Positions 1-9,716 of a DNA stretch of 36,368 nucleotides are shown here, piece after piece. The stretch spans positions 11,769,794-11,806,161 of the forward strand of contig JARFOE010000100.1 of assembly GCA_031763465.1 (NCBI GenBank), in the 5' to 3' direction. Below the pieces are notes generated by a model. It searched no databases and was not told the origin of the DNA. It saw nothing but the letters and a program-made list of their open reading frames with translations. The position numbers and the translations under genes are program-made. This DNA comes from Squatina squatina. Taxonomy: Eukaryota. Numbering within the stretch: position 1 is the stretch's first letter; every line of letters begins with the position of its first letter.

Positions 1-644
1 TGCTTGCTCTGCATACTTCCACCAGACGTTAAGTGCTCGCGCTAACCTCTTTACCAAGATGACGTCCAGCACGCTTCACATCAGAAGTGCGCGGGTGCAC
101 TGTGGACGTCATTTTCGAACCCTGAGCTCACTTGTAGCACTCAAAAAATAGTCCCAACTGAGCCCAACTTTGTCCCCGTTGACTTCAGTCTAAATGGGGC
201 ACAACATGGTTTAAAATAAATGTTCTGAACTTCTTTCCAAAAGATTTTCCTGTTACAACTGAGAGAAAGGTGATTGCTAACCTTACAAATGATGAGGACT
301 TTCTTTTTCATATGATCTCAGTAAAATTAGTGCCGTTTGCAGTGATCCACCATTGGTGCATATTGCATGGATCCAGCTGTTTAACATAAAAAAACAGAAA
401 TGTAAGGACTTGGTCATTGCATAAATACAAATAAAGATAAACAACCCAGTTTTTATGAGATTGGTCAACCTTTCTTTTTAGTTTGCAATTGCAATAATTC
501 ATTACAATCAGTTAAAGAAAATTTTCTTTCATTTTCCTGCTTAGAGTTTTGAGAAAATGTGTTTTAACAGCAGTATTAAATGGTGCAACAAGTCTTGACT
601 GCTCGCTTGGTTACTCTCATTTTTTACTTCTTTCATCTGTACAG

Positions 645-773
645 AATGCCATAGTCTCCTTTAAGGAAATATGTGGCTTAGCTCCCACTGCCAATCTGAC
701 TCAGTGCATACTGACCTTGTCCTCAAGATTATTGAACAGTGACAACACTTCTGGATCTCAGTCTCTGTCCTCC
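645..773 (+). CDS. Internal coding exon of an uncharacterised protein ([43 protein letters not shown])
   Basis: Strong polypyrimidine tract and acceptor (tttttacttctttcatctgtacag|, AG at 643-644), 129 nt open in phase 0, donor TCC|GTGAGT at 774. Protein-like helical composition. The 3' boundary is less certain than the 5'. Confidence 0.72.
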
Positions 774-965
774 GTGAGTGTACGCTTAGGTTCGCACTGT
801 TTAAGCTGCCTCTCGGTGTCGCCCGACCCCTCGCAGATCTGCTCAGCTTCTGATGTGAGATTCCGCCGATCCGGTCTTCCCCCTCAGACCATCTCCACCA
901 CTGGCACTGCACACACTCAGAGCCTTGGGCCGCTCCAGCGATGTTCTCAACCCGAGCCGTAGCTC

Positions 966-1370
966 AGGCTGGGGTGTGAAGTGGGCATGGGCTGGGATGT
1001 GAAGCGGAGGCACGGGCTGGTGTGTGAAGAGGGCACAGGATGGCGTGTGAAGCGGGCATGGATTGGGGTGTATAGCGGGCACGGGCTGGGGTGTAAAGTG
1101 GGGGCACGAGGTGTGGGCAAGAGTGCGGTGAGAAGTGGGGGCTCGGGCTGGAAGCATGGCGAGGGGCTTTGCTGTGAAGTGGGGGAATGTCTGGGCTTTG
1201 GAGATGGAAATTGCTGGGCCAGGAAGCAATGGTACATGCTTGGGTTGTAGATGGGTGTGAAGCAGGTATTGGCAGGGATATGAAGCGTTGCCAAGGATTG
1301 GCATGTAAAGTGGACACAGACTGGGGAGTGACGCGGGGGTATCGGCTAGGATGTGATGCAGTGGCACAGA
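966..1370 (+). repeat. G-rich minisatellite, ~22-24 bp unit (consensus ~GGGCACGGGCTGGGGTGTGAAGC)
   Basis: Repeated units such as gggcatgggctgggatgtgaagc, ggcacgggctggtgtgtgaaga and gggcacgggctggggtgtaaagt, degenerating toward the 3' end. Confidence 0.85.
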
Positions 1371-1374
1371 TTGG

Positions 1375-1566
1375 CTGAGAACGGGCGGAGCTTGGAGCTG
1401 GTAAGTGTAAATGTGCGGGCTTATTTGTTTTTAGAGGCCAGCTGAGAGCAGGCGGAGCTTGGAGCCGGTAAGTGTAAAAACGTGGGCTTTGTTTGTTTTA
1501 CAGAGGCCAGCTAAAAGCGGGCGAAGCTAGGAGCTGGTGAGGTTAAAAGTGCGGGCTTGTTTTTAG
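1375..1566 (+). repeat. ~67-bp tandem repeat, 3 copies
   Basis: Unit ~gctgagaacgggcggagcttggagctggtaagtgtaaatgtgcgggcttatttgtttttagaggcca, starting near 1375, 1441 and 1510. Confidence 0.85.
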
Positions 1567-1655
1567 CCCCTCTCACAGGCAAGTTCAGCATTCCAGAGCC
1601 ACGTCACGATTCAAAAAGTGACGCAGGCGAGAGTAAGCAGCTGATTGGGTGAGTA
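1383..1655 (+). promoter_or_regulatory. Promoter-like motif cluster (possibly the internal promoter/5' UTR of a LINE)
   Basis: GC boxes GGGCGGAG (1383) and GGCGGAG (1451); CRE-like CACGTCACG (~1600) and TGACGCA (1619); inverted CCAAT (ATTGG 1644-1648) followed by donor-like GTGAGT at 1649; locally CpG-enriched. Confidence 0.4.
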
Positions 1656-1706
1656 TTGTTACCACTCTTTAGTTTGACAGTTAAGGTTAATAGTTGATAA
1701 CGTTTA

Positions 1707-1757
1707 GAATACAAACAAAAATTGCTGGAAAAACTCAGCAGGTCAGGCAGCATCTGT
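1707..1757. mobile_element. Terminal fragment of a Penelope-associated elasmobranch repeat
   Basis: aaaattgctggaaaaactcagcaggtcaggcagcatctgt matches, from memory, the common shark repeat end 'aaatgctggaaatactcagcaggtcaggcagcatctgtgg'. Runs into a gap. Confidence 0.6.
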
Positions 1758-1861
1758 NNNNNNNNNNNNNNNNNNNNNNNNNNNNNNNNNNNNNNNNNNN
1801 NNNNNNNNNNNNNNNNNNNNNNNNNNNNNNNNNNNNNNNNNNNNNNNNNNNNNNNNNAGGT

Positions 1862-2513
1862 GGGGACTGAAATCCAGGAAAAATGCGAGCATGTCAGGAA
1901 GCTGGCTCCAATCCATCGACTGCCACTTTTCATCAAGCCCGTTCGGCTGCATGCACGCCACCCCCTCAGGGGAGGCGGGTTATCAATTTTAATATGTTAA
2001 TTGCTCAATTAGAGCAATATTAAAGTGGGTTTTGCAGTTTAACTTTGGGTCCACTGGTTTCCCCAGCTTCCTGGAACTCGCCAGTGAAAGCAAGTTGAGA
2101 ACACAATGGCAATTGAGGGGGATGAAGCCACGACAGGGAAATATGTCAATAACTACACAGTACTCACAGCTGGTTTCTTACCTGCTTGTGTGAAAGAGTT
2201 TGTTCGCATTACCTGCGTTGAGAGGTTACTTTACATGCTTTGGAGGTGACTTTACACACTTTGGTGTTGTCTTCTATACATTGGAGTTTCAGAGGTCTGA
2301 TCTGCTTTGGAGCACTGATCTATCAGATCAGCATGGCTGCCACTTATGCTATGTTAGTTTGGACCACAGATGAGTACCAAGATGACCACCAGCATCACCA
2401 GCAGCAGCAGGAGAAGTAGGACCTGCACCAGCATCACCAGCAGCAGCAGCACCAGCAGGATCTGTAGCAGTAGCACCAGCAACAGCCTGCTGCTCAGAGA
2501 CCTGTAGCTCAAA
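1862..2513 (+). mobile_element. PIF/Harbinger-like transposon, left portion (copy 1)
   Basis: Begins GGGGACTGAAAT. Shares blocks with 16073-16658 (caattt(t/a)aatatgttaattgctc; ctcacagctg(g/t)tttcttacc; gatgacca(c/t)cagca; gcaacagcctgctg). Ends in a decayed Q/H-rich ORF start (ATGGCTGCC at ~2334). Family assignment is inferred. Confidence 0.55.
2385..2490 (+). repeat. CAG/CAC-rich low-complexity tract with a ~39-bp tandem duplication
   Basis: ccagcatcaccagcagcagcag occurs twice (~2389 and ~2428), followed by further cag/tag/cac triplets. Confidence 0.8.
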
Positions 2514-2803
2514 ANNNNNNNNNNNNNNNNNNNNNNNNNNNNNNNNNNNNNNNNNNNNNNNNNNNNNNNNNNNNNNNNNNNNNNNNNNNNNNNNNNNNNN
2601 NNNNNNNNNNNNNNCTCCTTCAGCCCATTCCAACTGGAGCACTGCTCAATCATCTAACTGCATATCAGGGAACTAATGAGTCGAGTGGAAAATTCGTGCA
2701 CTGGCTCCCAGCCACCTTTGTGCTTGCTGCCCACATTGGGGTGCATGAGAGGTTGGGCCTCCACAATAGCATATGAAATGTAAATGAACATTGTGCGCTG
2801 TGG

Positions 2804-3090
2804 GGGATTAGGTACTGCAGTGGGGTTAGCACAGTATCCTTGGACCTCTGAGGTCTGGGTGCAAATTCAAGCCAGACCGATGTAATTAAAGTCTGTTCTC
2901 CTACATAAGAAATAAGTTTGAGCAGTCTCAATTGAGTTTCTTGACCCTAATTTATCACTGAGAACCCAAAGGAATGAATGGTGTAGTAAATGGCAGTCAT
3001 ATGGGATGGGGTTCTTCCAATGTTATAACTTAGCACATTGTTACACGAATGTATAAAGCTTTGCTGTACATCTAATGTATGCTGTACTGT
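2804..3090 (+). mobile_element. Old tRNA-derived SINE, LF-SINE-like
   Basis: Degenerate A/B boxes (gcagtggggttagc ... gggtgcaaattc), body aagtttgagcagtctcaattgagtttc and tail aagctttgctgtacatctaa. Similarity recalled, not computed. Confidence 0.4.
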
Positions 3091-3298
3091 ATAAACTTGT
3101 GTAGAAGATGGGAAAAGATTGCCCTTTTGTAATTATTTAAAGCTGGAATTATCATTTAATAGTGACATGCAATTTCAATTTTTAATTATTTTGTTAGTGC
3201 TCTTGTCAACTACATAAAAGCAATAAAGATTTTTACTGTATAGAAATAAACACATATATGCCACTAACTTGTGTTTTATGTTCCAATATCTTGAACAG

Positions 3299-3408
3299 GA
3301 CTTGAATTTCATGAGGAAATTCATAATTTAGGAAAAAAGGAAGGTTTAAAAGGAAGAAAGTTAAGTAAAGCAGTTGAAAGCTTTGCGTGGAACATCACCG
3401 TATTGAAG
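3299..3408 (+). CDS. Internal coding exon, probably the same gene ((G)[36 protein letters not shown])
   Basis: Branch point CACTAAC at 3262-3268, acceptor ttgaacag|, 110 nt open (phase 1 in, phase 0 out), donor AAG|GTACAG at 3409. Purine-rich, coding-like sequence in AT-rich surroundings. Confidence 0.85.
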
Positions 3409-3775
3409 GTACAGTAATAACTAAGTAAACTCATCTGTGAATATCCTCAACAGGCTTGACTAAAATTGGATAATCTGAAAATTGGATCTTTTCAATGAGG
3501 ACATCTGAAGGTTTCACAAATGGTTGGTCCAATTGTAATTTGAAATATTATATGGAGACAAAATTGTATTAAATAACTAGATCGGCAAAAGGGTTGAAGG
3601 GTTGGGGTAACTACAGAGCAGAAGGGAAGCCAGCACATATTTTCCTTTTTTCCTTACATGATAAAATGTCTAAGAAAAAGCCTAGTATGTGCTGAAGTAA
3701 AATCGGTCGGGTTGTAAAACGGGCAACTGATCCAAACCCGTTAGGTTAAAATTACCACCTTTGGATCTGTGTGCT

Positions 3776-4550
3776 TGTTGTGGGGGGTATATGCACTACA
3801 CCAATCACCACTCTTGAGTCTGTATAGTTCAAGCAAGCAAAGATTTATTCGTGCATATGCAAGGGAGCAAGGTCTCAATCACTCGAGAACCCTACTCAAC
3901 GATATAGAGTTTGCAGCACATATTTATACCAGAGATCAGCAGATGGGTGTAGTTTCGCCTAGTCACTAACACAGAATGTCCCAGCACATACATCACATGA
4001 TATGGCTCATAACTACCTAGCACTCTGTTACTAGTGACCTTCGCCCCCCTTGATTGGCGAGTGAGCTAGACATGTAGGCCCCAAAAGATGTTTCTTGTTA
4101 TTTCAATTGTTCCTGTTAACTCAGCCTTGAGCTTCCTTGCTAACCATCTTATCTTGTGAAAAACATGTTTATGTCTAAAACTGCGGAGGCCATGTTCCGA
4201 CATTTTAGCTCATTTTTGGTCAAGCTTCCCGTCATTCCCTGCGATTTCAATGGTTAGTTACTAGCATAGCTACAGCATTTATTTAAAGGTTACTAAGGCT
4301 TACCTGTGGAATAATCACNNNNNNNNNNNNNNNNNNNNNNNNNNNNNNNNNNNNNNNNNNNNNNNNNNNNNNNNNNNNNNNNNNNNNNNNNNNNNNNNNN
4401 NNNNNNNNNNNNNNNNNNGGTTAGGCTGTACAGCTCCCCCAGAGGATCAACTGCTGTGTATTTAACTACGTCATCCAATCCACGTTCAATTCATAGTTCT
4501 TCCTAAATTAACTAACCTCAGTCGGATGTTATAATTCGTCCTGAGGTCGG
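3776..4550 (-). mobile_element. Putative solo LTR (ERV/Gypsy type), antisense to the host gene
   Basis: On the minus strand the order is CCAAT (4053-4057), TATAAA (3923-3928), AATAAA (3844-3849), then terminal CAACA (3776-3780), i.e. the U3-R-U5 layout. The far end and TSD are not identified, and a gap interrupts the element. Confidence 0.5.
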
Positions 4551-4614
4551 GGCTGTGCTTCTAATTTACTCTGTACTGCAAATATGCATTTATTTACATA
4601 CAGAATAAGAGACA

Positions 4615-4910
4615 GTTCTCTGCCGCTGGCTGAGTGAGCTTATTCATTGACTGCCTGAGCCATACAGGAACCAAGAATATCCTTAGTTCACTCCTTGGTC
4701 AGTGCTGGGTTACACTACCTCAGCCAGGGCCTCAGTGTGGGTAAAATTGGCCAGGGTTCACACGATCTAGTTACCCCTGACGGAAGTGTGTGTGGACTAT
4801 TTGTGGGAACAGGATAAGGATCAGTTTTAATGCACCCAGCGGTGAAATAGCCTGCTGATGCTCACTATCAAGCACCACACAGTGAATGATAGCGAATTGG
4901 CTGAGGCAGA
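4615..4910 (+). mobile_element. Ancient SINE, AmnSINE2-like
   Basis: Colinear motifs gagccatacagg..., tggtcagtgctgggtta, ctcagccaggg, tacccctgacggaagtgtgtgtggac and gaaatagcctgctgatgctcactatc match the AmnSINE2-type consensus as I recall it. Confidence 0.6.
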
Positions 4911-5430
4911 AACAAATTTCAATCAACGTCTTCAAGAGAGATGGGGAGAGGAGAAAATTCAAAATAGAAAACAAATTGTGTGAACTCTTCTTGCAAATGT
5001 TGTCTGATACAAAATGGATAGTTTCAAGGTTGCAAAAGCTGACCTTGCACTTATGTATGAAGTTTCAAAATAAATGGTTTTCTCAAAGGGGTAAGCATTT
5101 AGTCACGATTACTCAAGAGAGAAAAAACATAGACCAGTAATGAAATGGGAAAACCATAAGTTCACAAATACGATGTGAGTGTATAAGAAGATTGTTCCGC
5201 TCATGGCCTCACAGCTGCAATGCTAATTGAACTCTATACTTGGCGATCAGAGCTTGAAACAGACCCTTTGGGACAGCGTATTCCAATCTGTGTTATGTTG
5301 TCTGGTGGAATCAGGGATAGAGGCTCCCCTGTACCATTCAAGTGCAATCAACCAATGGATGATCTTGACATTGTTTGTTGTTGATGCAATTTGTGAAGAT
5401 CTTTTTGACCTTGGCCTTCCTATCTTCCCT

Positions 5431-5504
5431 GACACGAAGCTGGGTGGCAGTGTTAGCTGTGAGGAGGATGCTAAGAGGCTGCAGGGTGACTTGGATAGGT
5501 TAGG
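5431..5504 (+). mobile_element. CR1 LINE reverse-transcriptase fragment, 5'-truncated
   Basis: Encodes DTKLGGSVSCEEDAKRLQGDLDRL, the sequence just after the CR1 RT FADD motif. Continues into a gap. Confidence 0.9.
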
Positions 5505-5604
5505 NNNNNNNNNNNNNNNNNNNNNNNNNNNNNNNNNNNNNNNNNNNNNNNNNNNNNNNNNNNNNNNNNNNNNNNNNNNNNNNNNNNNNNNNNNNNNNNN
5601 NNNN

Positions 5605-5895
5605 AATTGTCACCCTCCCCCATTGCCCAATTGAACCCCTCTCTCGGGATCTATCTGAGGGCTGCTACTGGTGGCCTGAAATGCCTTTTTCTTGCAGGGC
5701 GAGCTGCCTATGGAGGCTGGGCGTGTGTTGGCAGCTTGCCCTGAAAATGTAACCTCTCTGGTTTGGTGTGTGTCACTGGCCCAGAAACAGGCCAAGAGCA
5801 CTTTTTACCCTAGAATTCTTTGACCCCAATGGATGGAACTGGATTTGAATCTTGGTCTAAGAGATGGAAGGTAAACTCTCTGCACAAATGCCATA
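5605..5895 (-). mobile_element. Degenerate tRNA-derived SINE
   Basis: Minus strand ccttccatctcttagaccaagattcaaatcc resembles a tRNA head with a B box, followed by a GC-richer body. Confidence 0.35.
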
Positions 5896-8800
5896 ATTTT
5901 GAAAAATACTTTTTAAATTCCCATTTAAAAAAAAAATGTTCACCCTTTCAGACTGTGGACCATTCCCTCAACGAACAAGCAGCTAACCTGTCGCCAAGCC
6001 TCTGCCAATGTCACTGTGCAAAACAGTAGTCCAGTTTAACATGTCCTGTGCTTTGTTTCTGTGAATGATTTGCCTCTGCTTATCACATGTCCCAGACAGC
6101 CTGATGCAGATTGAGACTATGTGATGAACTGAGATCCTAAACCTACATCCAACCAATCCATGCTGAATTTCCACGTTTATATTAGCTGCTGCATTACTTC
6201 AGGCCAGGATATTTCAACGTCCCCATTCCCTCCATTGCCCCAGTGCCACAATGGCTTCTTAATCGCTGCTTGACACAAACCTTCATTGAAACATTACGAT
6301 TGGAGNNNNNNNNNNGGAGCTGATTAACACTGATTGCATAGCCATGAAAATCCACATATACATTGTGCTTTTCAAAACATGCATTTATGGTACTTCCTAA
6401 CACTGTTAGTTTCACTGGTAGCCTATGTTAATGCTATACTTTATAGAATTTCCAAAGTCTGTTAATGGCATCTAGTAAGTGGTAGGAAATCGGTGTTGTG
6501 CAAACTTAAGTGAACCTGCCATTTTGACAGGTGGATATTTATTTTTACATTGGTGAAGGGAAATTTTGCATTCCAAGTTTGTTTATAATACTTACCATTG
6601 GCTCACATGAACATTAGCTCTTAATTCCTCTATTCATACTAAATAAACTAGATCTACCTGCTGCCTTAATTGCTTGTTCTCCAGAGACTGTAATTATGGC
6701 TACTCAACCTTTGCCTACTTCTGCTGCCAACTTGGGCAATTCCCCTACCCATGGGTGAAATGAGCCTCACCCTTCCTGGTATTTAAACAGCTCAATTTAT
6801 GAGTGCAAGATTCTCTCAGAGCACCGGTGCTAATGTCGGTGGTTAGAACCTCTGCGCTTCACTAAATAACAGTGTCTTTTATTTCCTATTGCAAACTAAC
6901 ATTTCTGCTGCTGAATGAATATTCAAAATGTCCCTTTTGTAAGTTTTTTTTGAGGAACATGAAATTGTACTGCAGAAAAATGGGTCACACACACACTTGT
7001 GCTCAACTAGATACTGTTCCCCCAGCTGAGCATGTGAAACAAAATGATGGTGCTTAGCCCCACTAAGGACACTTTGTTCTAGTTATCAATTTGCTGCCTA
7101 TAACTTGTCTGAATGTCAGATNNNNNNNNNNNNNNNNNNNNNNNNNNNNNNNNNNNNNNNNNNNNNNNNNNNNNNNNNNNNNNNNNNNNNNNNNNNNNNN
7201 NNNNNNNNNNNNNNNNNNNNNTTATGAATTTCTAATGAGCCTTGGCAACAGGTCGAGAGCTATAAAAAGAAGCAAACTGCGAAGCTGAATATAATTGGAT
7301 CAAATAGGCTGAGATCATTGAGAGGCAGGCAGATTTTAGCTGGTTTCCACCTCCCAATAACCTTTCACTAGCTCTGGAGTCACCAGATATAAAGCACCGA
7401 AAAAATGTAGATTATAAAAATGCTTGAAAATACTAAAGGTAAATATTCCAGCTTTTTTTAATGGATTTTTAAAGAAATTTTAAAGGTGAAACACTCTTTT
7501 TTAATTGACATCACAGAATATAAGTCCAACACAGGTATGTGTGTATGACGGTAGGAGATGAGTGTGGTCAGGCTTTATTCAGCTCGCAAAAGTTTATTGC
7601 ATCATTTATTCCAAAGGGCTTCAAAACTTCTGTTCTCAACCACTGTTATGTCTCTCCACTTTGGTCTTTCTCTCCTGCCCCTAGTTCCACTTTGTCCAAG
7701 ATGTTGTTTAGATCCTGCAATGGTTGCTCTTTCACCCGAAATGGGAATAAAAGGTTTTGTTGTCCTCCTGATATTCTTGGCTTCTTCACAGCTGTGCAAC
7801 AATGATTTGGAGCAGGCGAGCACCGGAGCCATTCAACATGGAAGACAGGAATTTCTATTGAAAATTATGTTAATTCCCGGCAATTAGACGGTGCCCTTTG
7901 ATTTGGAACAGCTGTAAATCCCGAACAAATGTAAAGTGACTAGTGTACAGTAGTTGAAACTGCTTCAGGCACATCTGTCCATATATCACTCTGAGCCCAC
8001 CTCTGCTTTAATCTTGCTGAGTACATTGTAGAAAAGAAAATAGGTGTTGCAGAAGACGAGGCAGAGGCTACATGTCTGACTGGTGTAACAGTATGGCTTC
8101 AGGAATATTGAAGAAGAAAACAGATTTTGTTGCACGTAATAAGAAGTGATGCCATTTAATTACAGCCTTCCTACTGCAATCATTTTTGTGTAATTGACAT
8201 AGCTCAATCTTTGAACAGTCCTGGAAATAGCTGCTTTTCGAAGCAGACAATGGCAAATTGCACTGAGCCATTATATGAAAATAAATTGGAAAGGCAAATT
8301 AAGCAAGCTGCAGTATTGTGCAGGATGCAGCTTTTGTTTAAATTAGGCAGTATTCATTTTCAGAGTACTCGTAAACTTGAAAAGTGAGAGTAAGTTTTCT
8401 GATTTTCATAGCTAGTGGCACCAGATTGAAATAAGGGTCAGAAAATTGGGCAGAGATCTATATTGCTACTAGAAGAAGAATCAGCCATTATGCAGTTTAC
8501 TGCTGCATCCCAGAAATTCTTTTTTGCCAAACATCTGCATAGACTGGTATGCAGCACCAACTGGAATGGGAGACCTAATTTTTAGAAACATGTGGCAGTC
8601 CAGAAGTACAAAGCATGACTAATTATATCCACATCACCATTTGGCACCTGTGGGGCAAATCAATAGAAAACATTACTGCTTCCTGTACAGATGGTATGTG
8701 AGTACTGACAAAGAATTATGGAAGTCAATGCTTGTTTTATGGGTAGTGCTCACAATGCACACATATTGATGCAATTAAAGTATCCCTAGCTGGGAGACAT

Positions 8801-9667
8801 GAGCTATATACTCCAATTGNNNNNNNNNNNNNNNNNNNNNNNNNNNNNNNNNNNNNNNNNNNNNNNNNNNNNNNNNNNNNNNNNNNNNNNNNNNNNNNNN
8901 NNNNNNNNNNNNNNNNNNNNNNNNNNNNNNNNNNNNNNNNNNNNNNNNNNNNNNNNNNNNNNNNNNNNNNNNNNNNNNNNNNNNNNNNNNNNNNNNNNNN
9001 NNNNNNNNNNNNNNNNNNNNNNNNNNNNNNNNNNNNNNNNNNNNNNNNNNNNNNNNNNNNNNNNNNNNNNNNNNNNNNNNNNNNNNNNNNNNNNNNNNNN
9101 NNNNNNNNNNNNNNNNNNNNNNNNNNNNNNNNNNNNNNNNNNNNNNNNNNNNNNNNNNNNNNNNNNNNNNNNNNNNNNNNNNNNNNNNNNNNNNNNNNNN
9201 NNNNNNNNNNNNNNNNNNNNNNNNNNNNNNNNNNNNNNNNNNNNNNNNNNNNNNNNNNNNNNNNNNNNNNNNNNNNNNNNNNNNNNNNNNNNNNNNNNNN
9301 NNNNNNNNNNNNNNNNNNNNNNNNNNNNNNNNNNNNNNNNNNNNNNNNNNNNNNNNNNNNNNNNNNNNNNNNNNNNNNNNNNNNNNNNNNNNNNNNNNNN
9401 NNNNNNNNNNNNNNNNNNNNNNNNNNNNNNNNNNNNNNNNNNNNNNNNNNNNNNNNNNNNNNNNNNNNNNNNNNNNNNNNNNNNNNNNNNNNNNNNNNNN
9501 NNNNNNNNNNNNNNNNNNNNNNNNNNNNNNNNNNNNNNNNNNNNNNNNNNNNNNNNNNNNNNNNNNNNNNNNNNNNNNNNNNNNNNNNNNNNNNNNNNNN
9601 NNNNNNNNNNNNNNNNNNNNNNNNNNNNNNNNNNNNNNNNNNNNNNNNNNNNNNNNNNNNNNNNNNN

Positions 9668-9716
9668 CCTCCTCAAAGAATTCAATAAGATTTGTGAGGC
9701 AAGACCTACCCTTCAC
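9668..9716 (-). mobile_element. CR1 LINE RT fragment
   Basis: Minus strand encodes KGRSCLTNLIEFFEE, the canonical CR1 RT motif after QHGF. The rest probably lies in the ~850-N gap. Confidence 0.9.

Noticed and set aside
287-376. Minus-strand 90-nt exon-like segment (acceptor ttaaacag, donor GTAAGG; WIHAICTNGGSLQTALILLRSYEKESPHH), possibly spliced from a donor at 715
   Set aside because: The upstream partner would overlap the better-supported + strand exon 645-773, and the peptide is unrecognisable. Probably chance, though an antisense transcript is not excluded.
843-1378. Several overlapping 60-170 aa ORFs rich in P/H/G
   Set aside because: By-products of the stop-poor G-rich minisatellite.
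1375-1566. Regularly spaced repeats as a CRISPR-like array
   Set aside because: Whole units are homologous with no unique spacers, the context is eukaryotic, and there are no cas genes.
2349-2653. Poly-Leu/poly-Ala ORFs resembling transmembrane proteins
   Set aside because: Antisense reading of the CAG tract, and they span an N gap.
7558-7887. 109-aa ORF with a signal-peptide-like stretch (MGIKGFVVLLIFLASS)
   Set aside because: No recognisable family and no coherent exon structure; length is within chance expectation.
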